A stretch of DNA of 36,553 bases from Bacteroidales bacterium (GTDB lineage Bacteria > Bacteroidota > Bacteroidia > Bacteroidales > Dysgonomonadaceae), in assembly GCA_012728155.1 (NCBI GenBank), contig JAAYFR010000244.1, positions 1 through 36,553 of the forward strand, written 5' to 3'. A model generated the notes under the pieces. It was not told where the DNA came from. It did no database searches and worked only from the letters and a program-made list of their open reading frames with translations. Below, one piece after another: positions 9,608 to 17,964 of the stretch; position 1 is the stretch's first letter, and the number at the start of each line of letters is the position of its first letter. The position numbers and the translations under genes were made by a program.

Positions 9608-10990
9608 ATGAATTTGCTTACTGCAGATATAGGTAGCACCTACACCAAACTGACAGCCATCGATTCGATCCGGAAAAAGATCATAGCCACATCGTCTGCC
9701 TTCACTACCATTGAGACCGATGTGATGGAAGGGTTCTCATCCGCTTATGGTCAATTGAAAAAGATTGCAGCCAATTTCGAATACGATCAATTGCTCTGTT
9801 GCAGCAGTGCCGGTGGTGGGCTTAAGATGGTTGCCCTCGGTCTTGTGCCGGAATTAACCTCTAAAGCGGCAAAGCTTGCAGCAGCCAGTGCCGGCGCCAA
9901 AGTGGTAAAAACCTATGCCTTTGAGATATCGCAGTCGGAGCAAAACGAGATATTTGAAATTGATCCCGATTTGGTTTTACTTTGCGGTGGCACCGATGGC
10001 GGCAATAAAGAGGTCATCCTCTCCAATGCCCGTCGATTGACTCAGATTCAAAGATCGTTTACCATCATAGCGGCAGGCAATAAAAGTGCATCTTTTGAGT
10101 TGGAAAAGATATTCTCCGAATCGGGGAAAGCTTTTGTAATTACCGAAAATGTGATGCCGGAGTTCAACAAGCTCAATATCGAACCGGCAAGACAAAAGAT
10201 AAGGGAACTCTTTATCAGCCGGATTATTGAAGCCAAAGGATTGAGTCGGATTCAGGAACTGTGCAAGACAGCTATCATTCCCACTCCTTTGGCGGTACTG
10301 GACGGTTGTGAATTATTAAGTAAGGGTACAAAATCAATTTCGGGTATCGGTGATTTGATGGCGATTGACCTTGGAGGAGCAACTACCGATATCTATTCCA
10401 TCGCTAAGGGGAAACCAACACGAACCAATGTAACGGTCAGAGGATTACCTGAGCCTGCAAGTAAACGGACAGTGGAAGGGGACTTGGGAATGCGATACAG
10501 CCTCTCCCCGCTTGTGAATGGTCTGGAGTTAAACGATCTTTCAGATGAATTGGGAGTCGAAAGAGCAATTTTAGCAGATTGGATAGATGCTTGCATCCAA
10601 AATCCGGCGTTATTGCCACCACCCGGATCGATCGAACAAAAGGTGGAAGAGTTTCTTGCACGCAATGCTGTAAGAATAGCCACAGAACGCCATTGCGGGT
10701 CCTATCAGTCGGTTTACACTCCTTTTGGGCAGATGTTCACACTTACCGGTAAGGATCTCTCCGCAGTACCATTTGTTATTGGAATAGGAGGAGCGATCAT
10801 CAATTCCCATCGACCTCATTATATTTTAGAGGGAGTAAAACCTCTTGTCAATGATTTCGAATATGCCAAACCCGAAAATCCTCATTTTCTGATTGACAAA
10901 AAATATATTTTCGCTTCCATGGGATTGATCAGTTCTGTTGATGCCGATTTGGCAATCACATTACTGAAACAGGAAATTATCAATTCATAG
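9608..10990 (+). CDS. glmL: Glutamate mutase reactivating/accessory protein GlmL (ASKHA ATPase fold)
   Basis: DIGSTYTK, CSSAGGGLKM, GGTDGGN, DLGGATTD and KRTVEGDLGMR. Canonical position between the S and E subunit genes. Confidence 0.92.
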   Translation: MNLLTADIGSTYTKLTAIDSIRKKIIATSSAFTTIETDVMEGFSSAYGQLKKIAANFEYDQLLCCSSAGGGLKMVALGLVPELTSKAAKLAAASAGAKVVKTYAFEISQSEQNEIFEIDPDLVLLCGGTDGGNKEVILSNARRLTQIQRSFTIIAAGNKSASFELEKIFSESGKAFVITENVMPEFNKLNIEPARQKIRELFISRIIEAKGLSRIQELCKTAIIPTPLAVLDGCELLSKGTKSISGIGDLMAIDLGGATTDIYSIAKGKPTRTNVTVRGLPEPASKRTVEGDLGMRYSLSPLVNGLELNDLSDELGVERAILADWIDACIQNPALLPPPGSIEQKVEEFLARNAVRIATERHCGSYQSVYTPFGQMFTLTGKDLSAVPFVIGIGGAIINSHRPHYILEGVKPLVNDFEYAKPENPHFLIDKKYIFASMGLISSVDADLAITLLKQEIINS

Positions 10991-11028
10991 AATTAAAATG
11001 CACAAATGCAGTTGAAAGAGGAAAAAAC

Positions 11029-11102
11029 CCGACATATTTAAAATAATCATTAAACACCCGAAGGGAATGATTATTTTGAACATCAAAGGTTCCATACACC
11101 GA
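11029..11102 (+). repeat. 74-bp hairpin-forming intergenic repeat, copy 1 (glmL-glmE)
   Basis: 71/74 identical to 12607-12680 and contains the inverted repeat AAAATAATCATT / AATGATTATTTT. Confidence 0.9.
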
Positions 11103-11127
11103 AATATGAAAAATAAAACCAAAATAT

Positions 11128-12585
11128 ATGGAAATAACCAATAAAAAACTATCAGACGATGCTTTTTTCGCCCAACGAAAAGAGGTCCTGCAACAGTGGC
11201 ATACGGGGAAAGAGGTCAATTTTGACGAAGCCGTAGCCTATCAAAAATCAATTCCTCCACATAAACGCTTCGGCACAAAACTGGCGAAAGCAGTAACTGA
11301 GAACACCACACTCATCCAACCAAGGGCAGGTGTGGCACTCTATGATGAGCACATAAAACTGCTACAATATCTCGAGGAGGAAGGTGAAGCCGATTTGCTT
11401 CCGTCAACGGTTGACAGTTACACCCGTCTCAACAGGTATAACGAAGCCGAAACGGGGATTGAAAAGAGTAAAGAATCGGGACGTTCAATGCTCAATGGCT
11501 TTCCCATCGTAAACTATGGTGTGGATATCTGTCGGATTGTAACATCATCATTAAAGAAACCGGTACAAGTGCGTCATGGAACCCCTGATGCCCGTTTATT
11601 GACTGAAATCAGCATTGCAGGAGGGTTCACTTCTTATGAGGGAGGAGGCATCTCCTATAATATCCCCTATTCTAAAAATCATTCCATTGAGAAGACCATT
11701 TCCTATTGGCAATATACCGATCGGTTAGTCGGTGTATATGAGGAGGCAGGGGTATCGATCAACCGGGAGCCATTCGGGCCACTCACCGGAACACTTATTT
11801 CGCCCTGTATCTCCAATTCGGTGGCTATTATTGAAGCATTGCTTGCAGCCACACAAGGAGTAAAAGATATTACTGTGGGGTATGGTCAGTGTGGAAACCT
11901 TATTCAGGATGTAGCAGCCATCCGTTCGCTTACACGGGTGATACGGGAGTATCTCGATAAATACGGCTTCCATGATGTACGAATTACCACTGTTTTCCAT
12001 CAGTGGATGGGAGGGTTTCCCCAGAACGAGGCCAAATCTTTCGGCGTCATCTCGTGGGGAGCAGCTGCCGCAGCGTTGGCGAAAGCCACCAAAGTAATTG
12101 TCAAAACGCCACATGAAGCCATGGGTATTCCCACTAAAGAAGCAAATGCCTCAGGATTACATGCTACAAAACAGGTGATTTCCATGTTAAAGGACCAAGA
12201 TTTCCGTGAAATTCCAGCGGTCATTTCCGAAAGTGAAATCATAGAGAAAGAGATGAGATGTATCCTCAATAAGGTGGAAGAGTTGGGCAAGGGCGATTAT
12301 GCGATCGGCACGGTAGCCGCCTTCGAGGCGGGGGTACTTGATATTCCTTTTGCGCCAAGCCGTTACAATGCCGGGAAGGTGATGCCTGCCCGCGACAATA
12401 TGGGTGCAGTCCGTCTCCTTGAGATAGGCAATCTGCCGTTTACTCCTGATTTAATCGACTTCCATCGTCAAAAGCTGGAAGAGCGTGCCAAACAGGAAAA
12501 ACGGACTGTCAGCTTCCAGATGGTGATCGATGATGTCTATGCCATTGGCAAGGGTTTTTTAGTGGGACGTCCGAAAAAGAATTAA
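11128..12585 (+). CDS. glmE: Glutamate mutase epsilon subunit
   Basis: 485 aa. [60 protein letters not shown] and KTPHEA. Confidence 0.96.
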   Translation: MEITNKKLSDDAFFAQRKEVLQQWHTGKEVNFDEAVAYQKSIPPHKRFGTKLAKAVTENTTLIQPRAGVALYDEHIKLLQYLEEEGEADLLPSTVDSYTRLNRYNEAETGIEKSKESGRSMLNGFPIVNYGVDICRIVTSSLKKPVQVRHGTPDARLLTEISIAGGFTSYEGGGISYNIPYSKNHSIEKTISYWQYTDRLVGVYEEAGVSINREPFGPLTGTLISPCISNSVAIIEALLAATQGVKDITVGYGQCGNLIQDVAAIRSLTRVIREYLDKYGFHDVRITTVFHQWMGGFPQNEAKSFGVISWGAAAAALAKATKVIVKTPHEAMGIPTKEANASGLHATKQVISMLKDQDFREIPAVISESEIIEKEMRCILNKVEELGKGDYAIGTVAAFEAGVLDIPFAPSRYNAGKVMPARDNMGAVRLLEIGNLPFTPDLIDFHRQKLEERAKQEKRTVSFQMVIDDVYAIGKGFLVGRPKKN

Positions 12586-12606
12586 AAATAAAATAATCGT
12601 ATGAAA

Positions 12607-12680
12607 CCGACATGTTTAAAATAATCATTAAACACCCGAAGGGAATGATTATTTTAAATATCAAAGGTTCCATACACCGA
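12607..12680 (+). repeat. 74-bp hairpin-forming intergenic repeat, copy 2 (glmE-mal)
   Basis: Near-identical to 11029-11102. 18-bp stem with one G-U pair, plus an outer stem GTATGAAACC / GGTTCCATAC. Confidence 0.9.
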
Positions 12681-12686
12681 CAAGGA

Positions 12687-12764
12687 AAAAATAAAATAAT
12701 CGTATGAAACGAGCATGATAACTGTTCTCACACAAGAACATGACGAAAAGCGAGTTCCATACGA
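12687..12764 (+). repeat. Related palindromic unit with the same termini but a different interior
   Basis: 12687-12710 exactly repeats 12584-12607 (24 nt, period 103). TCGTATGAAAC (12700-12710) pairs with GTTCCATACGA (12754-12764). Inner hairpin TGTTCT-CACACA-AGAACA. Confidence 0.7.
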
Positions 12765-12869
12765 CACCTTTGAATTTTATAGAAAAGTGAATACAGAGAT
12801 AAAACTTGTTTTAACTATGTTGAGCGAAGAAAAAATCTAAAGAAATTGAAAATAAATAATTTTAGTCGT

Positions 12870-14087
12870 ATGAAAATTATCAAACTTATTTGTGCATCCG
12901 GAAAAACAGGGTTCTTTTTTGATGATCAGAAAGCCATTAAACAGGGTGCTAAAAATGATGGCGCTTTCTATGAAGGTAACCCCGCAACATCTGGTTTCAC
13001 CTCCGTACGCCAAGCCGGCGAATCTATTTCCATTATTTTTGTCCTTGAAAACGGAGCTTATGCTTATGGTGATTGTGCTGCTGTGCAATATTCGGGTGCG
13101 GCTGGTCGTGATCCCCTTTTTTTGGCAGAAAATTTTATTCCGGTGATCGAGAAAGAAATTGCTCCGCTCTATGTAGGAAAAGAGATCACCACCTTCAGGG
13201 AAATGGCAAATATTGTTGATAGTAAGAACTATCATACTGCCATCCGTTACGGTGTCACACAGGCTTGTCTCGATGCGGTAGCAAAGAGCAAAGGAAAACT
13301 TATGACAGCGGTAATTGCTGAAGAATACGGCTTGAAAATATCAGACCGGTTAATTCCTATCTTCTCACAATCGGGCGACGACCGATATCTCAACGTCGAC
13401 AAAATGATTATGAAAGGTGTGGATGTGCTGCCGCATGCTCTTTTCAACCACGTAGAAACCAAGGTGGGTTGGAAAGGTGAAAAAATCAAAGAGTATTTGG
13501 AATGGCTCCGCGACCGCATCCTGACTAAAAAGCCATTCGACGGCTATAACCCTGTCATCCATATCGATGTATACGGCAATTTAGGTATTGTCTTCGAAAA
13601 TGATTTTGATGCCATTGTCCGGTATATCGGTGAGTTGGAAGAGATTGTGAAACCGTTCAAACTCCGTGTGGAAGGCCCGGTGGATATGGGTGAAAAGGAG
13701 GCACAGATAAAAGCTCTGCGCGTTATCCGTGAAAAGATGGAAGAAAAAAAGATCTACGCCGAAATTGTGGCCGATGAATGGTGCAACACCCTTGAAGATA
13801 TTATCGATTTTTCCGCCCAAAAAGCGGGACATATGATACAGATAAAAACACCCGACCTCGGTGGAATCAACAACAGTATTGAAGCGATCATGTATTGCAA
13901 GGAACATGGGATGGATGCTTATTTAGGTGGCACATGCAATGAGACCAACCGTTCGGCCGAAATATGTGCACACATCGCCATGGCGGCGTCACCCGTGCAG
14001 ATTCTCGCCAAACCGGGTATGGGTGTCGACGAAGGTTATATGATTATATATAACGAAATGAACAGAATTCTGGCTATTAGCCACTAA
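12870..14087 (+). CDS. mal: Methylaspartate ammonia-lyase (beta-methylaspartase)
   Basis: TGFFFDDQKAIK, GDCAAVQYSGAAGRDP, QSGDDRY, VLPHAL, HIDVYG, ADEWCN, QIKTPDLG, GGTCNET and AKPGMGVDEG. ATG at 12870 preferred over TTG at 12846. Confidence 0.96.
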   Translation: MKIIKLICASGKTGFFFDDQKAIKQGAKNDGAFYEGNPATSGFTSVRQAGESISIIFVLENGAYAYGDCAAVQYSGAAGRDPLFLAENFIPVIEKEIAPLYVGKEITTFREMANIVDSKNYHTAIRYGVTQACLDAVAKSKGKLMTAVIAEEYGLKISDRLIPIFSQSGDDRYLNVDKMIMKGVDVLPHALFNHVETKVGWKGEKIKEYLEWLRDRILTKKPFDGYNPVIHIDVYGNLGIVFENDFDAIVRYIGELEEIVKPFKLRVEGPVDMGEKEAQIKALRVIREKMEEKKIYAEIVADEWCNTLEDIIDFSAQKAGHMIQIKTPDLGGINNSIEAIMYCKEHGMDAYLGGTCNETNRSAEICAHIAMAASPVQILAKPGMGVDEGYMIIYNEMNRILAISH

Positions 14088-14099
14088 AGATTTACATAT

Positions 14100-15458
14100 A
14101 TGGAAGAACTCAGAATACTCTCCCCTACTGCCATTCTCGGATACGGCTTCCCAATGGAGTCATTTGAAGAGGGAATGAAACGAAAGCCGCATGTAATCGC
14201 GGTGGATGCCGGTTCTACCGATCCGGGACCCTTTTATTTAGGTGCCGGGAAATCGTTTACCGACCGAAATTCGGTGAAACGCGACCTTGAAATTATGATC
14301 CCTGCCGCTCTTGAAGCCGGAATTCCTGTTATCGTGGTAACGGCGGGCGGTTGTGGTGGCCGACCCCATGTGGAATTTGCCGTGGAGATTGTGATGGAAA
14401 TTGCCCACGAAAAACAGTTGTCGTTCAAATTGGCTGTCATTCAATCGGAATTCGACCGGGAATTTGTGAAAGAAAATATCCGTGCAGGCAATATTTCACC
14501 GCTTTTCCCTGCCCAGGAGATAGGTGAAGCCGATGTGGAAGAGTCGGTACGCATTGTCGCCCAGATGGGAGAGGAGCCTTTTATTGAGGCGTTGGACAAC
14601 GGTGCCGATGTGATCCTTGCCGGTCGCAGCTACGATCCGTCGGTATTCGCCGCCCTGGCAATCCGGGAGGGGTTCGACAAGGGGCTTGCCATCCATCTGG
14701 GTAAGATACTGGAATGTGCCGCCATTGCAGCGCTGCCCGGCAGCGGAAGTGATTGCATGTTCGGCTATCTCCATCATGATGACTTTGTTCTTGAGCCGCT
14801 TTCTCCGTTACGTAAATGTACCGCTCTCTCGATAGCAGCACATACACTGTATGAAAAGAGCAATCCCTATATTTTACCCGGTCCCGGTGGCAGCATCAAC
14901 CTTCACCATGCGCAGTTCGAGCAAATAGATGACAATAAGGTGAAGGTGAGCGGTAGCCGTTTTATACCCACCCACGACTACTTCGTAAAACTGGAAGGTG
15001 TACGCCGCACGGGATACCGCACTATTTCCTGTGCAGGTGTGAAGGACCCGATTATGATGGGAAAGATTGACGCCATTGTCGAGAGCGTGAAGGAGCGTGT
15101 GGAGAATAATTTTGAAAATTACGGGATCAAAGATTTCTTTCTCGATTTCAAAATTTATGGTCGGAATGGTGTGATGGCGATCTTCCCGGATATTGCCCAT
15201 AGTGCAGGTGATGAGTTGCTGATTATTATTGAAGCGGTGGCCGACACCCAAGAGCAGGCCGATACTATCTGCGGATTTGCCCGCAGCACCATGCTTCACT
15301 TTGGCTACGAAGGGCGTATCGCCACTGCCGGAAATCTGGCATTTCCTTTCTCCCCCTCCGATTGTAAAATGGGCGAGGTATATGAATTCAACATCTATCA
15401 TCTGATGAAGGTGGAAGATCCGAAAACGCTCTTCCCTATTGAATATTTCCAATTGTAA
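14100..15458 (+). CDS. Acyclic terpene utilization AtuA (DUF1446) family protein; candidate citramalate lyase large subunit
   Basis: ILGYGFP, DAGSTDPGPFYLG, IVAQMGEEPF, AGRSYDP, GKILECA and AHTLYEK, which I recognise as typical of AtuA-like proteins in methylaspartate clusters. The function is inferred from context. Confidence 0.8.
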   Translation: MEELRILSPTAILGYGFPMESFEEGMKRKPHVIAVDAGSTDPGPFYLGAGKSFTDRNSVKRDLEIMIPAALEAGIPVIVVTAGGCGGRPHVEFAVEIVMEIAHEKQLSFKLAVIQSEFDREFVKENIRAGNISPLFPAQEIGEADVEESVRIVAQMGEEPFIEALDNGADVILAGRSYDPSVFAALAIREGFDKGLAIHLGKILECAAIAALPGSGSDCMFGYLHHDDFVLEPLSPLRKCTALSIAAHTLYEKSNPYILPGPGGSINLHHAQFEQIDDNKVKVSGSRFIPTHDYFVKLEGVRRTGYRTISCAGVKDPIMMGKIDAIVESVKERVENNFENYGIKDFFLDFKIYGRNGVMAIFPDIAHSAGDELLIIIEAVADTQEQADTICGFARSTMLHFGYEGRIATAGNLAFPFSPSDCKMGEVYEFNIYHLMKVEDPKTLFPIEYFQL

Positions 15459-15469
15459 AAACAATAATA

Positions 15470-15790
15470 ATGATGGAATACAAATTAACCGACATAGCAT
15501 CTGTCATCCGAAGCAAGAATTCGGGACCCTACGAACTGACTTTCGATGTTATTTTCAAAGATTTCGAGATGTATGAACGGGTGAAAACGGCCAATATATT
15601 CAATGCTGCCATGTTTGCGCCGTTGTATGGTATCCCCGAATCGGACATCATCAGTCTGGTCTATTTTGATCCTGCCAAAGCTATCAAAATCACCATCGTA
15701 CGCCCTATTCCGTCGGGTTCGCTCGGTGAGACCGACGTATACGGGGCACAGCAACATGCTCCATTGATGGGGGTGAAATTTGAATTGTAA
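15470..15790 (+). CDS. DUF4387 family small protein, partner of the AtuA-like protein
   Basis: IRSKNSGPYELTFD and DVYGAQQHAPL motifs. Starts 11 bp after the AtuA-like gene. Confidence 0.8.
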   Translation: MMEYKLTDIASVIRSKNSGPYELTFDVIFKDFEMYERVKTANIFNAAMFAPLYGIPESDIISLVYFDPAKAIKITIVRPIPSGSLGETDVYGAQQHAPLMGVKFEL

Positions 15791-15831
15791 CAGACAAACA
15801 AAATCCTGATTCAAAGCCAAACTCAACCGAA

Positions 15832-16794
15832 ATGAAAAATTTCATTCAAGAATATATGGTGTCGTCGCAATACTTCGCACCGCGCGGCAAAGAGCGGCTG
15901 ATGTTCCTTGGCGAACAGATAGCGCATCGGCATCTGAATTACAGTGATCGGCTGATTGGCGTTGTAGGAGATGCGGGAGCTGGAAAATCGTCTCTCATCA
16001 AAGGGATGTTTCCGGGGCTTCAACTCTCTAACGACGATGATATCGTAAGTCCCCGGAAAATCATGCAGGTACGTAGTTCACTGATGGAGGTGGAAGATGC
16101 CACCACCTTTCACATCGACATCCGCTTTCAAATGGCTTTCACCCAAATGTATGAAATTGTGGACTACGTAAATTCGCTTTTGGAACGTAAACGCAGGGTG
16201 GTAATCGAGCATTTTAACCTGCTCTATCCGGTGTTGGGTAAAAATGCCAATATAATTGTGGGTATTGGAGAAGAAATTATCGTAGCACGTCCAAGTGTTT
16301 TCGGCCCTCAACCCCAAAGTATTTACCAAATTGTACACGAATCCCTCCGGTACCGAAAAATGGCACATTCGGCCGAAGATGTCACGACAGATGTCCTGCA
16401 TGAAGTTTTCGATATCAAAGAAGAGGAGTATTTTTTCTCCGATGTAAGAAATGGTTTTGTGCTGAAATTTTTAAAAAAACCCAATGTTGATCTGGAAAGA
16501 CTGGCTATACTGATTGATGAACGGATTGCCCAGCATCTCAATATCTCCTATTACGATGAGGATCATATTATGCTGGGTGATAAGATCATGGGATGCGATG
16601 GTCCACGATTTCACGTGGGTAACACCTCCGAAATAGAGAATTTCTCCCTTGTGAGGGAGTTTATTTATGATCCAACCACCAAGGCCTACTGTCTGGTCGG
16701 ACTGGTAGACAGACATACAAAAAATTTAGAGAATAGAAATACGCACTATTTCTTGACCCGGGAGTGTTTTAATGAGAAAGATAAGTACATCTGA
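15832..16794 (+). CDS. Uncharacterised P-loop protein with a C-terminal Ala/Thr-tRNA synthetase editing-like (second additional) domain
   Basis: Walker A GDAGAGKS (15967-15990). RKMAHSAED and GCDGPRFHV resemble the HxxxH / CxGxH motifs of the tRNA_SAD fold. Confidence 0.7.
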   Translation: MKNFIQEYMVSSQYFAPRGKERLMFLGEQIAHRHLNYSDRLIGVVGDAGAGKSSLIKGMFPGLQLSNDDDIVSPRKIMQVRSSLMEVEDATTFHIDIRFQMAFTQMYEIVDYVNSLLERKRRVVIEHFNLLYPVLGKNANIIVGIGEEIIVARPSVFGPQPQSIYQIVHESLRYRKMAHSAEDVTTDVLHEVFDIKEEEYFFSDVRNGFVLKFLKKPNVDLERLAILIDERIAQHLNISYYDEDHIMLGDKIMGCDGPRFHVGNTSEIENFSLVREFIYDPTTKAYCLVGLVDRHTKNLENRNTHYFLTRECFNEKDKYI

Positions 16795-17176
16795 TATAAC
16801 CAATTTGGTTGAACGGCTTTGCATTGAAGCCTGTTGTGTGATCACCGACGATATCAGCAACAAGTTTAAAAGCTGTCTGCAGAGCGAAAGGTCACCTCTG
16901 GGTAAACAAATATTACATACCCTTATTGAAAATGCCCGCATTGCCCGCGATGAACGAAGTCCGATCTGTCAGGATACAAGAATATATTTTGCCGCCATCG
17001 GTGGAGCGGCAGCTCTTATGGCTCAACGTGTAGAAAGTGCGGAAGTGATCGCTTTCGAAGAGTTTGGCACAGAAGCCATTCGCCGTTTACACGTAAAGGA
17101 GTTACCCGTAGTAGTAGCCATCGATTGTTATGGCAACGACATCTATAAAATAGCGAGAGAGAGATACCAAGAATAA
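16772..17176 (+). pseudogene. Class I fumarate hydratase/mesaconase remnant: alpha-subunit N-terminus fused in frame to beta-subunit C-terminus
   Basis: Residues 1-69 resemble the alpha N-terminus and end at PICQDT. Residues 71-134 resemble the beta C-terminus (YFAAIGGAAAL, GTEAIRRL, PVVVAIDCYGNDIY). Total length is only 134 aa. Confidence 0.85.
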
Positions 17177-17182
17177 TTATAT

Positions 17183-17911
17183 CTATAAGTTACGGATCCA
17201 TATATTCCTGAAGGATACGGCAGTTCCATGATCCTGAAGCATCAGCGGGAGCCGTCCATGGGCATTGTATTCCGGTAGTCCGATATAGGGTGTGTGCCCT
17301 TTCAGTATATAATTGTTTTGTACCACAATACCGTTCAAGACCACGGTAATCATTGCCGGTGATTCGAGCTTACCTTCCGAACCAAATATGGGAGCTTTCC
17401 AGTAGATATCATATACCTGCCACTCACCGTTTTTCGTATAGGCGTTGGCCAGTGGGGCCTGTTGTTTGTATATGCTGCCTACCATACCGTTTACATAGGT
17501 ATCGTTATTGTCACCATCGAGTATCTGTACCTCATAATGGCTCATAAGGAAAATTCCACTATTGCCCCGGTTTTGTCCACTATGGTTTTCGGGATCTGGA
17601 GATCTGAACTCGATATGTAACTGACAATCGCCGAAATGATCTTTCGTCATAATTCCCCCTGTGCCAGGTTTCACAGACATAACTCCATCACTCACATTCC
17701 ACTGGGGAGCGTCTCCTTTTACATGTACCCATTTCGAAAGATCAGTTCCATCAAATAAGAGGATAGCATCGGAAGGGGCAGATCCTGCCATCTTTCCGGG
17801 AGTTACTTTTTCGGGTACTGGATAATACCATTCTGTTTGAGCAGGCGTCCATTGCGTAAAAGCAGAGAGAGAATAGACGATGCAGATCATTAAAAAAACA
17901 CTCTTTTTCAT
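17183..17911 (-). CDS. Secreted DUF1080 (3-keto-disaccharide hydrolase) family protein
   Basis: Signal peptide, APSDAILLFDG, FGDCQLHIEFR, GNSGIF, YEVQILD and LQDHG..VSFRNIWIR. Confidence 0.88.
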   Translation of the reverse strand: MKKSVFLMICIVYSLSAFTQWTPAQTEWYYPVPEKVTPGKMAGSAPSDAILLFDGTDLSKWVHVKGDAPQWNVSDGVMSVKPGTGGIMTKDHFGDCQLHIEFRSPDPENHSGQNRGNSGIFLMSHYEVQILDGDNNDTYVNGMVGSIYKQQAPLANAYTKNGEWQVYDIYWKAPIFGSEGKLESPAMITVVLNGIVVQNNYILKGHTPYIGLPEYNAHGRLPLMLQDHGTAVSFRNIWIRNL

Positions 17912-17964
17912 TATATTACTACATTTAAATTACCATTTTACGGAGCAACCGATCGATTCGTCAG

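Noticed and set aside
9139-10990. Reading the mutase S/L genes as mismatch-repair mutS/mutL or glucosamine synthase glmS
   Set aside because: This is a name collision only. The motifs are those of a B12-binding subunit and an ASKHA-fold reactivase.
11029-12764. CRISPR array or integron attC sites
   Set aside because: There are only 2-3 units with no regular repeat-spacer array and no cas genes. The AAC...GTT ends do not fit RYYYAAC/GTTRRRY, and there is no integron integrase.
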